DNA of 64,000 nt, taken from the IMG/VR virus record IMGVR_UViG_3300032286_000710, positions 64,001 through 128,000 of that record; one strand, given 5' to 3'. This document shows positions 7,425 through 17,626 of the stretch, in pieces (the first letter of the stretch is position 1; each line of letters starts with the position of its first letter). The notes under the pieces were generated by a model. That model worked only from the letters and a program-made list of their open reading frames with translations. It made no database searches and was not told the origin of the DNA. The translations under genes and the position numbers were made by a program. This stretch comes from a virus.

Positions 7425-10400
7425 TTAGTTTGCACTTATATCTAGATTTACGTAATTTGATAGCGATAAATTGCTCACATAATCTGGTCCAGTTAGGGTG
7501 TGAAGAATATCATTCACAAAGAAGAAAAATACATCGTACTTTCCTGTTGAGTTCTTATTAAGAGTAATTGTAGTATTTTTAGCACTATGAACATATCCAC
7601 CTTCATCTCCAGCACCTTTATTACTAGATGGTGTTAAAATATGCATTCCATAATATTCTAACTTATCTTCTTTGATAGTTTGGTAAATCTTGCCTGTTGT
7701 TATTTTTACGCTACCACCAGTTCCAAAACTCTGCACATCGCCCTTATTTGGGGTTCCAAAAAGAGGATCATTAAAAGTGGATTCCGTATATTCTCCATAG
7801 GAAATAATTTCGTAATCACTAATATTTCTTGATAGTGGCCCATCCTTTTTTAATTTCAAAATTGCTGGGGTTTTGCCACCACCAAAAGTGAATGTATTTC
7901 CAGCAATATAGCCTTCTCCAACTTCTATAACTTCAAAAGAAGCAGGATTTATACCTATTGTTTTTTTGAGATATCTAAAACCATCTCCTCCCGTCAATAA
8001 CATTCCCCTTCTGCAAGTATTATTTTCCATAGTAATATTAGTATTTTTACTAATTATTGATCCAACGCCAAGTGAAGGTTCTTTAAAATCAACAGTATCA
8101 TTATTTGGATTTAATTGTATTGGTGAAAAATATCTAGCGTCAAACACTGTGTTTGGACAATGATCATATACTTTACAAAATAAAGCAGTTGTTCCTAAAG
8201 ATTTTGGATCACCCTCTTCATTAGCACCCCACTGTTTTACAGAACTATCTCGACTTTTACCAGAGAGATCTAAAATAAATGAAACAAATGGAGCAACACT
8301 AAATTCGGAATTAGCCACACTAGTTAAAGTATATGCTTTTAATCCAAAGTAAGAACTAGTATCGAATGATAATATGCCACCATTAGCTAAGTTAAAAGTA
8401 GCTTTAGCACCAATGATTCCAGCTATATTAGACTTTTCAAGCGCACCGTTCGCTGGAGGAATTAAATTTGGACCACCTCTTGGTTCATTAAATGGGGGTT
8501 TTTCTATGTTCCCATTTGTTACATTTATTAATTTATCGCTAGACAGACCAATTCTACTATATACATTACTTCCAAGATCTTTTCTTTCAGATAATTTATT
8601 CCTCTTCCAAAAAGCAGAAAGCAATTTATCACTCGTATAATCTTTAATTCCAAAAACACTTTCAAATATAGTCTCTAGTTCTGCTTTTAGAGAACCATAC
8701 CCATTTTGAAAATATAGTATACCATCCTTGGGGAGCTTTAAATCAGATAGAGCTAACTCCAATGGAAGTGGAGAAAACTGAACAGCTGTTGAACTCGCTG
8801 GTTTAAGAGCATAAATATCCATATTTTCTGGATTTCTTAAATAACTGCCGCCAGCTTTGTAATTACTAATAGTATTAGATAAAGATGCAACAAAGTTAGA
8901 ACCAACTTGACTATGAAATGTCCAAATATTGTTAAAATCAATAGTTGGATTTCCAGAAGAATTAAATGCAATCTGGGCTGGCATATGGTATAAGTTACTA
9001 TCATGTATATCAAACATTGGTTGTGGTAAATCTCCAGCCATCAAGGTAAGATCACCTCCAGTATAAACTGTGCCATAGCTAGTTATAGATCTACCATCAT
9101 TAGACTTAAATTTTGCAACGCTAGAGCGAGTATAACCCTCCCTAAAAAATAAACCCCAGTTAAAAGGCGTACTAGAATAGTAAGGTAAACTAGAATCTAA
9201 ATCGTCGGCAGGTGTTTTGCTGATATTTGTTCTGAATAAATAATCTCTTTCAGAATTGCCACCTAAAGTTTTTCGTATCAAGTCTGCATCAAAAGATATT
9301 AAATATCCAGTGCTGGGAACAAGATTTTTCATATTAATATTTTCATACTTATTTATATCATAATTAGCTAAGTTAATATTACCTTGTTGATCCATAATGC
9401 CGCTGTCAAGACCAAATATATTTATTTTAGCATTATCTGAAGCATTTTTAGTAGTAGCAGAACTTAATCCATGATAGAATTTTGTTCTTAAATAATTTTC
9501 ATAATCTTGATGTGTAATGTATCTAGAGTTTGTCATATCTCTAAAAAATGAATTAGCATTAACAATATATTTTTGAATTTGTGACCACTCTACTTCTAGT
9601 TTTTTAGATGCTGTGGTTGGTATACCAAAACCCATAGGAATCCACTCACCATTGATGAGACTTGCTAGTACTATTTCTCCCTTCACATAATTTCTGGGGG
9701 TTCTATTTACCATCAATACCTTTTCTTTTGGAGATGAAGCACATCCTACAGTATTTGGACCAAACAAATAAGGGTTCCCATTCTCCACACTCATAGCCAT
9801 ACCACTTCCGGTTGTGAAAGTAGATGCTAATCCACCAGAATAAAAATCATTTATATCTCTTTCATCAAAATCGTCTGGTATATCTGCTATTGGAACCCCG
9901 TCTAAATCTGTGAGTAATCTAAATAGCATTTGTTGGGTTCCAGATTCCCACTGTCCAGTAGATGAATCATAACTCATCCTCATTTTTCCTGCTACTGTAT
10001 TTTGAGGATTGTTATTGCCGCCGGGTAATACTGGAGAATATTGTCCCGGCCCAGTACTCTGCGTAGGTGCATAAGCCCATTTTCCCTGAGTAGCCCTTAC
10101 TGGAGGTCCAGCCCAAACGTTTGATGTTTGCTGTGCAACTCCTCTATCTGCTGTTGCTCTACCGGCTGATTGAAAATATATTTTAACTAAACCACTTTGA
10201 GAACATGTCAAGGCAGTATAATTAGCTGTAAATGTTATACAACCAGAAAAGCTTGTTTGTATATTAGTCCAAACGTGACTTAGTTTATATTTTGTAGCAT
10301 CGTCTGTTATGAACCCTTTTTGCCATAAATCAAAGTCCTCTTGAAACTTTTTTAAGCCAGTAATATTTCCACTAGGAGTGTACCATAAATTATCTTCGTC

Positions 10401-10688
10401 AGCCCCAGCAGAAGTTCTTAATACATATCTTTTGTTATCTTTATCAAACTTTAAAATAGATAAAGTCGCACTATCTCCAAGAAGCTGACCGGTTGGTATT
10501 GATCCGCCAAAGTATTCAAGCACATCTTTATTTGTACTTTCAACCCCATTCTTTTTTTCTTTTCCAAATCTTGCTAAAGAATTTCTAGTATATGAAGCTA
10601 GTCCTATATTCTGAAGAGTTTTTTCTTCAGCTATATAAGAATGATAACTTACAGCAACTGGTAGTCCCGGTCTTCCAAATTGTCCCAT
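7425..10688 (-). CDS. Large distal tail / structural protein (hypothetical)
   Basis: 1087-aa ORF in the post-tape-measure tail cluster; no family recognised. Confidence 0.5.
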   Translation of the reverse strand: MGQFGRPGLPVAVSYHSYIAEEKTLQNIGLASYTRNSLARFGKEKKNGVESTNKDVLEYFGGSIPTGQLLGDSATLSILKFDKDNKRYVLRTSAGADEDNLWYTPSGNITGLKKFQEDFDLWQKGFITDDATKYKLSHVWTNIQTSFSGCITFTANYTALTCSQSGLVKIYFQSAGRATADRGVAQQTSNVWAGPPVRATQGKWAYAPTQSTGPGQYSPVLPGGNNNPQNTVAGKMRMSYDSSTGQWESGTQQMLFRLLTDLDGVPIADIPDDFDERDINDFYSGGLASTFTTGSGMAMSVENGNPYLFGPNTVGCASSPKEKVLMVNRTPRNYVKGEIVLASLINGEWIPMGFGIPTTASKKLEVEWSQIQKYIVNANSFFRDMTNSRYITHQDYENYLRTKFYHGLSSATTKNASDNAKINIFGLDSGIMDQQGNINLANYDINKYENINMKNLVPSTGYLISFDADLIRKTLGGNSERDYLFRTNISKTPADDLDSSLPYYSSTPFNWGLFFREGYTRSSVAKFKSNDGRSITSYGTVYTGGDLTLMAGDLPQPMFDIHDSNLYHMPAQIAFNSSGNPTIDFNNIWTFHSQVGSNFVASLSNTISNYKAGGSYLRNPENMDIYALKPASSTAVQFSPLPLELALSDLKLPKDGILYFQNGYGSLKAELETIFESVFGIKDYTSDKLLSAFWKRNKLSERKDLGSNVYSRIGLSSDKLINVTNGNIEKPPFNEPRGGPNLIPPANGALEKSNIAGIIGAKATFNLANGGILSFDTSSYFGLKAYTLTSVANSEFSVAPFVSFILDLSGKSRDSSVKQWGANEEGDPKSLGTTALFCKVYDHCPNTVFDARYFSPIQLNPNNDTVDFKEPSLGVGSIISKNTNITMENNTCRRGMLLTGGDGFRYLKKTIGINPASFEVIEVGEGYIAGNTFTFGGGKTPAILKLKKDGPLSRNISDYEIISYGEYTESTFNDPLFGTPNKGDVQSFGTGGSVKITTGKIYQTIKEDKLEYYGMHILTPSSNKGAGDEGGYVHSAKNTTITLNKNSTGKYDVFFFFVNDILHTLTGPDYVSNLSLSNYVNLDISAN

Positions 10689-10701
10689 AATTTGTTCCTA
10701 T

Positions 10702-13700
10702 TTATGTTGGTAGTGTTATATCATCATCATTAATGGTAGTTTCGCCGGTTTCATACAACCTATTATTAGCTCTATAATCTGTATATCTAATGTTGGGCAT
10801 ATTCGGGTGGTCAGGTTCATTAGAAAATGGAATAAACATTTCATCAAAAGCAACAGATCCCGCATTATATTCTGCTGTTTGTCTTTGATTGTCACTATCA
10901 AATTTATTTGCCGTGTCGAATATATCTTGTTGATTTTGCATAGAGGCGGCATAAATATTATCTAATCCATTGACATTACCCAAAGTGGGGCTATAAGATT
11001 GAGATTCATATCTTGCAACAGATGCTACTATATGATTCATTGCTCTTGGGGCGGTGGGAACTGTTCCATTATTTCCAAACAAATTAACAGATCCGACTAT
11101 ATTAATACTAGTTTGACCCTTACCTATACCCTTTCTAATAAGGGCATTTCTTTCATCTCTTAGTCTTTGTCTCTCTCTGCTAATTTTAGAAATCATATCC
11201 TGTTTCTGCTTTTGCAACTTCCCAAAACTAGCTGTATATAAATCCATTTTATATGTTGTCTTTATTCCGCCCTCTGATACATCTACACTCACATTTGTAA
11301 CAAGTGGACCACCAGATAGTAACACTTGACACAAAGAGGCTGTTGGTATACCGGGATAAGTAAATCCGCCACGTTCTGAGAATAATAGTAGACTATTTGC
11401 AAACTGGGCTTGTAACATTCCAGCACTGTGCATTAGTTCATAACCAGCATAATTCCAAGGAGATAAATTTTCATCTTTGATAAACTCTACTCTACCGCCA
11501 ATGTTTACATATGCTGAACCTTGAGGATCAACCTGAGAAGATACCCAAGGTCCATAACATCTTTCGTTAGATATCATTGGTATAACTACTAAGTCTGGAT
11601 AAACTGGTGATGGTGCATTATTTTGTATTTGTTGAGGAAATCCAAACTGTAAAGATGATTTTGCTTTTTTAGCAGCTAACCAAGCAACACTTCGGGCTTC
11701 GGCAGAATAAGTAGAGCAAGTAGAATCACCAGCTAAAATATTTGTTTCAGAAGCTGCTTTTGCAAATGCTGGTTCTGCAAATTCTGGCAAACCCTTAACA
11801 ACGTCTACAGTGAGATAATGTTTAATATCATATGTATTATCTTTTTGATTTGCAGAGTCTCTGTATCTAGCATCTTTCGTGGGAATTACTTTGCTTGGTA
11901 GTGTTATCAATGCATAAACATTGCTGGTATCTAAGTCTGCCATATCAGATTTAATAATATAACTTCTAAGTACAGGTTCATATTTTTTACCAAAAACTAA
12001 TCTATTAGCTGTTGGTCCAGCACTAGTGTTTGGATAATAATTTTTTTCTATATATCTAAAACTATCAACATTAACTCCAGTTCCCGGTACGAATTTTGGT
12101 GGATCAGTTACATATGTAATGCCAGAGCATGGAACAAAAATCTTTCTAGGTCTTGAAACTTTCTTTTTATAATCACCTTCTCCGACTTGCCCATAAGTTT
12201 GTATGCCGCTAGTTATCATCTTTGGCGGCATGTAAAACTTTTCATCAACACTGCATTTAACAAAGGCACACTGTTTGGGAGCGTGAGGATTATTATCTGG
12301 CCTATCTGCGTCTGCTTCATTAAAGCTTGTCCATTTATCTTCACCAACATTATCTAAAAATTCACATAAATCTGGAACCATTCCCTGTAGTGTAATTAAC
12401 TGCTGAGTAAAATCTTCCGAGTTCATAGACCCCAATGCTAAATGTTGACTGTTATCAAATCTAACATAAGCAGACATTCTACCATTTTCATCTAAAAAGT
12501 TGGTTAAATCTTGAGGTATCAAAGCTTGATTCACAGCTTTTGGTATAGCGTTATCTGGTAATCTTGATATTTGATCTATAGTTAAAGTATTAGCATATAA
12601 ATCAAATGGAAAATATCCCCCAAGATTTGTTGGGATATAATTAAATTCATACTTATCAGAAATAGGATTGTAATTTGTTCTTAAAGCTCCATTATATTTA
12701 GCCTGTTTATCATCTATGCCACTATTAAGAAAATACTTAATCATATTTTTACCACTATCTCTATCTCCGCGATATTGAGATAAAAATGTTGTAGAAAACT
12801 CATCACCTATACCAGATGTTGACGGTCTTGGTTTGAAACCAAATGGTCCGACCGCATATTCACCGGCAGTTGAGCCACCCTTCCAAGTGATTTGATTTTC
12901 ATGAAATAAGTTAACTTTATTTGGTATTTTAACCAAGAACTTTTTGCCTAAATTTTCATCAGCCACTTTTTTAAGAAATTCATAAACCTTAAGGGCATTT
13001 TCTGTTCCTTTTTTGGCTAATCTTGGAAGAATAGCACCTATAGAATGTAAGGCTTCTTCTGCCCTGTTTAATAAATCAATATCGGGCTGACTAGACATCA
13101 AAGCTCCACTAATAGCAGCATAGTAATTTTTTTCTGCTTGTGTCAAAGTGCCATATTCTTCAGCAATATATTCTAACTCTTTTAATTGATTATTTCTAAT
13201 TTCTTGATAGTTATCAGCGTTTGAATCACGCATTGTAGCAGCACCGGTAATCATGCCAGTAAGTCTAGATTGAAGCTTTGTTAAACCGCCCTCTGGTATT
13301 CCTAGCTTAGTCATGCGTTTATAATAAAGTGGGTATCCATATGGTGGATTACACGGGCTTTTAGGTAATTTATCTGTTCCAAACGGTGTGTCAGAATATG
13401 TTTCAAATACTGATCTTGGAACTGTGACGGCATAGTTATTAGATATATTGGTTGGTTCTGAAATACCCCCAAAAGATGCTGTTTGATTTAAAGCTGATCC
13501 TTCAATACTATCATCACCCTCTATGGATTCTAAATAAGTATCATTGTATTGTTGTAAGAAATTTTTCCAACAATCATAAGAAATTGATGCACACCTTAAT
13601 TCCATTTCGGTAGCAACATAATATGATCCAACACCATTTGCATTCAAGCCAGTTGTGTCTAATAATATTTGCTGATAAGCACCCCAACCCTTTGGAATAG

Positions 13701-15384
13701 TAATGGCATTCTGCCCAAGTGTTCCGTAGTATGGTAGTACTTGTTGTTCTAATTGTTTTTCTAATGTCCATTGTTTCCAATCCGCATCATCAGATTCACC
13801 GCCACTACGTCTATTTCTGGCATTTATAAAATCTCTATCAGCATTAGCTGAAAAACAATACATATCTACTTCTTGTGCGCCAACAACAAACTTATCAGTT
13901 GTCACATTAGAAAGCTCGTAACCAACATCTTGATTTTCTACTAATATTCCAGAAGATGCTAAACTATCTATATAGGTTTTTATAGCCCCATAAACTGGAG
14001 CATGTGATCTATCTATACTATCTAATCTAATAATTCCAGCAATAAGCTTTCTAGGGTCTGCACTTTGGTTATTGTATAAAAATTGACAAGCGGGATGATT
14101 GATAACAGGTAGCAAAGATACAAATAAGTCTCTGCTTGTCACATCGCAAACTTCTAAAGCTAAATCTAACAAATTAATCTGATCAAAATCTAAGAAATAC
14201 ATAGGTGGCAAGTTTGGCAATCCGCTAAAATCTACAACGTAATTGTAACCTCTGAAATTGATAACCTTACCAAAGCCCATATTTTCATACTCTGCTGGAA
14301 GAGTATATTCTAAAGACATTAATGCCCCAAGTGCTTGTTTAATTCTATAAAATGGTATCCCCTGCGGACCTCTTCTTGAAAATCCAGTTCCAGTTACAGG
14401 AAATGAAGATTCTGTAGATCCAAACATTCCGCCAGTAGATGTAAACCAGCAATCTACTTGACTAGTAGCACTCATAGATCCGCTATAAGAAATGTACCCG
14501 TTGGTTGGATTAACATATTTAGTAAGAATATTGTAATTATGAAAATTACTTTGTAAAATACCAGACAGTGCTGGTGTCATATTATATTCTAAAAATCCAT
14601 GAATATTAAATACATTTTGGGTGTTAAATGTAGTACCGGCGTAATTATTTAGAACCAATACAACATTAGAAAGTATTTCTCTTGGATCTGTTACTTGTAT
14701 AGAGTATAGTGGATTTCCACCGGGACCACGGTTTTGCATATATGATTGTAATATACCGCCAAAAACAATATGATCTGCTCCGCGAGCTTGAGATATATAT
14801 GAAGAAAAATCATAAATTGTTTTATTTTCTAGATCTACATATTGATTTGGACTTAAAGATGTAAAATTATCTTTATCAAAACTGCCACCACCGCCAACAT
14901 TTCTAGTACCTATAGTATCAAAACCATAAGTTTGATCAAAAGTTTTTATATAAGCTTCTTCTACTGTGGCAAGATTAGGGCCAAACTTAAAATATACCGG
15001 TGTTCCAGCTATTGGTGGCACAAATCTATCACCATTACCACTATGATAAACATCATCACCCTGACCTTGAGCAGTTTTATCAGAATTATTGAACTCATCA
15101 TTAATTAGGTCTATAGACAAGCTAGAACTGCTATCACCAAATCCACCATTCATACTAAAATTACGAATAGAAGCTCCAAGAAAAGTTTGTTGTGGATATC
15201 CTCTATCATATGTATTTGGAGTAGTTGGATCTATTGTCCAACCGCCACCACCCAAACCTTGAGGTATTACGCTACCACTTTTAGCTGGCCAACTTGTACC
15301 GTAATAACCAGAAGCTGGAATAACACTATTGCCATCAATACCGGCTTGAACTGTTATTTGATTTGGTGTTCCGCTTGTTAACAT
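10702..15384 (-). CDS. Putative tail tip / baseplate hub-like protein
   Basis: 1560 aa. N-terminal FGGILQSY..YSIQVTDPREIL and C-terminal VTNVSVDVSEGGIKTTY resemble the ends of hub/central tail proteins; position after the TMP. Confidence 0.5.
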   Translation of the reverse strand: MLTSGTPNQITVQAGIDGNSVIPASGYYGTSWPAKSGSVIPQGLGGGGWTIDPTTPNTYDRGYPQQTFLGASIRNFSMNGGFGDSSSSLSIDLINDEFNNSDKTAQGQGDDVYHSGNGDRFVPPIAGTPVYFKFGPNLATVEEAYIKTFDQTYGFDTIGTRNVGGGGSFDKDNFTSLSPNQYVDLENKTIYDFSSYISQARGADHIVFGGILQSYMQNRGPGGNPLYSIQVTDPREILSNVVLVLNNYAGTTFNTQNVFNIHGFLEYNMTPALSGILQSNFHNYNILTKYVNPTNGYISYSGSMSATSQVDCWFTSTGGMFGSTESSFPVTGTGFSRRGPQGIPFYRIKQALGALMSLEYTLPAEYENMGFGKVINFRGYNYVVDFSGLPNLPPMYFLDFDQINLLDLALEVCDVTSRDLFVSLLPVINHPACQFLYNNQSADPRKLIAGIIRLDSIDRSHAPVYGAIKTYIDSLASSGILVENQDVGYELSNVTTDKFVVGAQEVDMYCFSANADRDFINARNRRSGGESDDADWKQWTLEKQLEQQVLPYYGTLGQNAITIPKGWGAYQQILLDTTGLNANGVGSYYVATEMELRCASISYDCWKNFLQQYNDTYLESIEGDDSIEGSALNQTASFGGISEPTNISNNYAVTVPRSVFETYSDTPFGTDKLPKSPCNPPYGYPLYYKRMTKLGIPEGGLTKLQSRLTGMITGAATMRDSNADNYQEIRNNQLKELEYIAEEYGTLTQAEKNYYAAISGALMSSQPDIDLLNRAEEALHSIGAILPRLAKKGTENALKVYEFLKKVADENLGKKFLVKIPNKVNLFHENQITWKGGSTAGEYAVGPFGFKPRPSTSGIGDEFSTTFLSQYRGDRDSGKNMIKYFLNSGIDDKQAKYNGALRTNYNPISDKYEFNYIPTNLGGYFPFDLYANTLTIDQISRLPDNAIPKAVNQALIPQDLTNFLDENGRMSAYVRFDNSQHLALGSMNSEDFTQQLITLQGMVPDLCEFLDNVGEDKWTSFNEADADRPDNNPHAPKQCAFVKCSVDEKFYMPPKMITSGIQTYGQVGEGDYKKKVSRPRKIFVPCSGITYVTDPPKFVPGTGVNVDSFRYIEKNYYPNTSAGPTANRLVFGKKYEPVLRSYIIKSDMADLDTSNVYALITLPSKVIPTKDARYRDSANQKDNTYDIKHYLTVDVVKGLPEFAEPAFAKAASETNILAGDSTCSTYSAEARSVAWLAAKKAKSSLQFGFPQQIQNNAPSPVYPDLVVIPMISNERCYGPWVSSQVDPQGSAYVNIGGRVEFIKDENLSPWNYAGYELMHSAGMLQAQFANSLLLFSERGGFTYPGIPTASLCQVLLSGGPLVTNVSVDVSEGGIKTTYKMDLYTASFGKLQKQKQDMISKISRERQRLRDERNALIRKGIGKGQTSINIVGSVNLFGNNGTVPTAPRAMNHIVASVARYESQSYSPTLGNVNGLDNIYAASMQNQQDIFDTANKFDSDNQRQTAEYNAGSVAFDEMFIPFSNEPDHPNMPNIRYTDYRANNRLYETGETTINDDDITLPT

Positions 15385-15389
15385 TATTA

Positions 15390-15806
15390 TTACCTAAATT
15401 GTCTACCATATATTTCAAATCTATTAGAAGCCAAAACGATACTTCTCATTACATTAATTCTTGTTCCTTGACCATCAGCTGGTGCAGAAAAATTACTAAT
15501 TCCAGCATTACCCAAAGCTCCAGCAATATTCCCAGCACCATTGTTGCTAACCGTAATATGATGTATATATGAATTATATGCAGTAAAATCTGTTATACCA
15601 CTAATAGCAGATAAATATCCATTTGAAATTCCAGCAGATGGAAAATTTAAATAATTTGGGGCTATAGAACTTCTATTGCTTTCTAGTGGCGAGTATGTTA
15701 AACCATTTGTCAATCCAATAATGCCACTAGACATTGGCCTCATTAGCTGAATAGAGTTATCAGCATAAGTTTCTTCAATGTTTGCTTGTTCTGATGTTGT
15801 TACCAT
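15390..15806 (-). CDS. Hypothetical small structural protein
   Basis: 138-aa ORF coupled to its neighbours in the tail cluster. Confidence 0.5.
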   Translation of the reverse strand: MVTTSEQANIEETYADNSIQLMRPMSSGIIGLTNGLTYSPLESNRSSIAPNYLNFPSAGISNGYLSAISGITDFTAYNSYIHHITVSNNGAGNIAGALGNAGISNFSAPADGQGTRINVMRSIVLASNRFEIYGRQFR

Positions 15807-17626
15807 TATCTATTTAACTCATATGTCCAGTTTACAGTTAGTGAATATCTACCAGACTTAGCATCCCAACTCTCTTGAGGTGGACTAACAAAGTATTTTC
15901 TTATACCTTGCTCTTGTACAGGACTATAAGCATGAATTATTGAGTTGATCTGACTCTTAAATGGTTCATTTAAGCTTGGTTTAGATAAAACTCCAAACTG
16001 CCGTATCCCTTGTGTTCCAGCAACGCCAGATGAATAATACTTATCCATAACTAATTCTACATTTAGATTACGCTGATATTCTGTTCTTCCCCCTATATAT
16101 TGAAGAACTGGTCCAGTTTGTCTTCCAATAACTGGTATAACTGCAAATACATCGCCGGGGTAAGTATCACTATAAGTAATACTCTCAGATAAAGCTCCGC
16201 TAATTATATTTGTTGGGCGACTATCATATTCAACATTATATGTGATTTCACCCGTGAATTCATTACTTCCTAAAGCTATAGATAAAGGAATATGATTTAA
16301 GCCTTGATGAGTAAGAGATTGTGATCTTTTAAATAAATGGCAACTTGGTCCATACTGACCAGTATTACTAACTTGATGCCACTTATATAAAGCGTTTTGA
16401 TATTGAGTATTTACATTACCACCACCTAGATTTATGGGAGTTGTTGTGTTAGATCCCCCGTATAGTTTTCCACCAGCGGATTGACTAGACAATCCTTTAA
16501 TAGTTCCATCTATACTAACTTTGTATAGTCCAACGTCAGAACCTTTAGATAGCGACATTCTATAATCTTCATAAGCAGAACCACTAGACAATAACCAAAC
16601 ATCGGTTAAAGTAAATGTACCAGCAGTAACATCTATGGATTCTGTTCTTAGATGATTATATCCACCCCAAACTTCTTTGGCTATATTTAAATATCCACTA
16701 CCAAAATATGGGCCTAAAGTATATTCTGGAAATTGTTCATATCCAGTTGAGTTATCAGTAGATACATTATTAGTATCTTTCAAAACGCTTAGATATACAT
16801 AATTTTTAGCCTGCTCCCAAGCTTCTTTTCTTTTAGTAACAGTTCCAGTAGGATAATACATTGTTCTTCCGGTAGCACTTATATTCCTCGTTAATCTATA
16901 AGTTCTTATGGAAGTGATATCTCCATTATTGTAAGTAGTATCTGTTTTAGTTCCGCCCTTACCTTCTTCAACATCAATAGACCAGCTTTCACTATAATCA
17001 TCAATAAAACCGCTGGCGGCTAATGCTGAAGCTAATTCTACTCTATTTCCATTGTTATTTCTATATGGTTGACTATCTGTTCCCGTTGGAGTGTGCGTGG
17101 AGTTGACTAAACCATCAGAAATAATTTTATCACCTTGATCTAAGAGTACTTCTGCTCTTAAATTAATAGTATATTTACAAGTATTTACATATAGTCCTTC
17201 TTCAAAACTTATAGATTGCACCGTAGGGTAGAATCTCAACACTGGAGTTTCGGGACCAGAGCCATTATTTTCAAGATCATCATCTACTTTTACTGGTAGT
17301 AATTCAAAACGTTGTCCGTCTTTTTTAAAGACTTCTCTAATTAAATTTTGTTTATGTATTATAGAAGCCATGGCACTGCCAATACCTACTGATTCATGTG
17401 CTGGCCTGTTATAAGTTTTTGCCCAAGGGGCTGAAGGGTCGCTTATAGCAGCACCAGCACTATAAAAGGGAGATCCTTCGTCAGACAAGATAGTGCCATT
17501 AAGAGTTATATCATAATAACTGCCGAGCATACCGGTTTTATTTCTGATTGCATTCTGTGTAATAGAAATAAATGGAGTGGGTCTTAAAACTATATAAGTA
17601 CCCGGCTGATATTCAATAGATAGCAT
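15806..17626 (-). CDS. Putative distal tail protein
   Basis: 606 aa, beta-rich, C-terminal ESWDAKSGRYSLTVNWTY; 1-bp overlaps on both sides. Confidence 0.5.
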   Translation of the reverse strand: MLSIEYQPGTYIVLRPTPFISITQNAIRNKTGMLGSYYDITLNGTILSDEGSPFYSAGAAISDPSAPWAKTYNRPAHESVGIGSAMASIIHKQNLIREVFKKDGQRFELLPVKVDDDLENNGSGPETPVLRFYPTVQSISFEEGLYVNTCKYTINLRAEVLLDQGDKIISDGLVNSTHTPTGTDSQPYRNNNGNRVELASALAASGFIDDYSESWSIDVEEGKGGTKTDTTYNNGDITSIRTYRLTRNISATGRTMYYPTGTVTKRKEAWEQAKNYVYLSVLKDTNNVSTDNSTGYEQFPEYTLGPYFGSGYLNIAKEVWGGYNHLRTESIDVTAGTFTLTDVWLLSSGSAYEDYRMSLSKGSDVGLYKVSIDGTIKGLSSQSAGGKLYGGSNTTTPINLGGGNVNTQYQNALYKWHQVSNTGQYGPSCHLFKRSQSLTHQGLNHIPLSIALGSNEFTGEITYNVEYDSRPTNIISGALSESITYSDTYPGDVFAVIPVIGRQTGPVLQYIGGRTEYQRNLNVELVMDKYYSSGVAGTQGIRQFGVLSKPSLNEPFKSQINSIIHAYSPVQEQGIRKYFVSPPQESWDAKSGRYSLTVNWTYELNR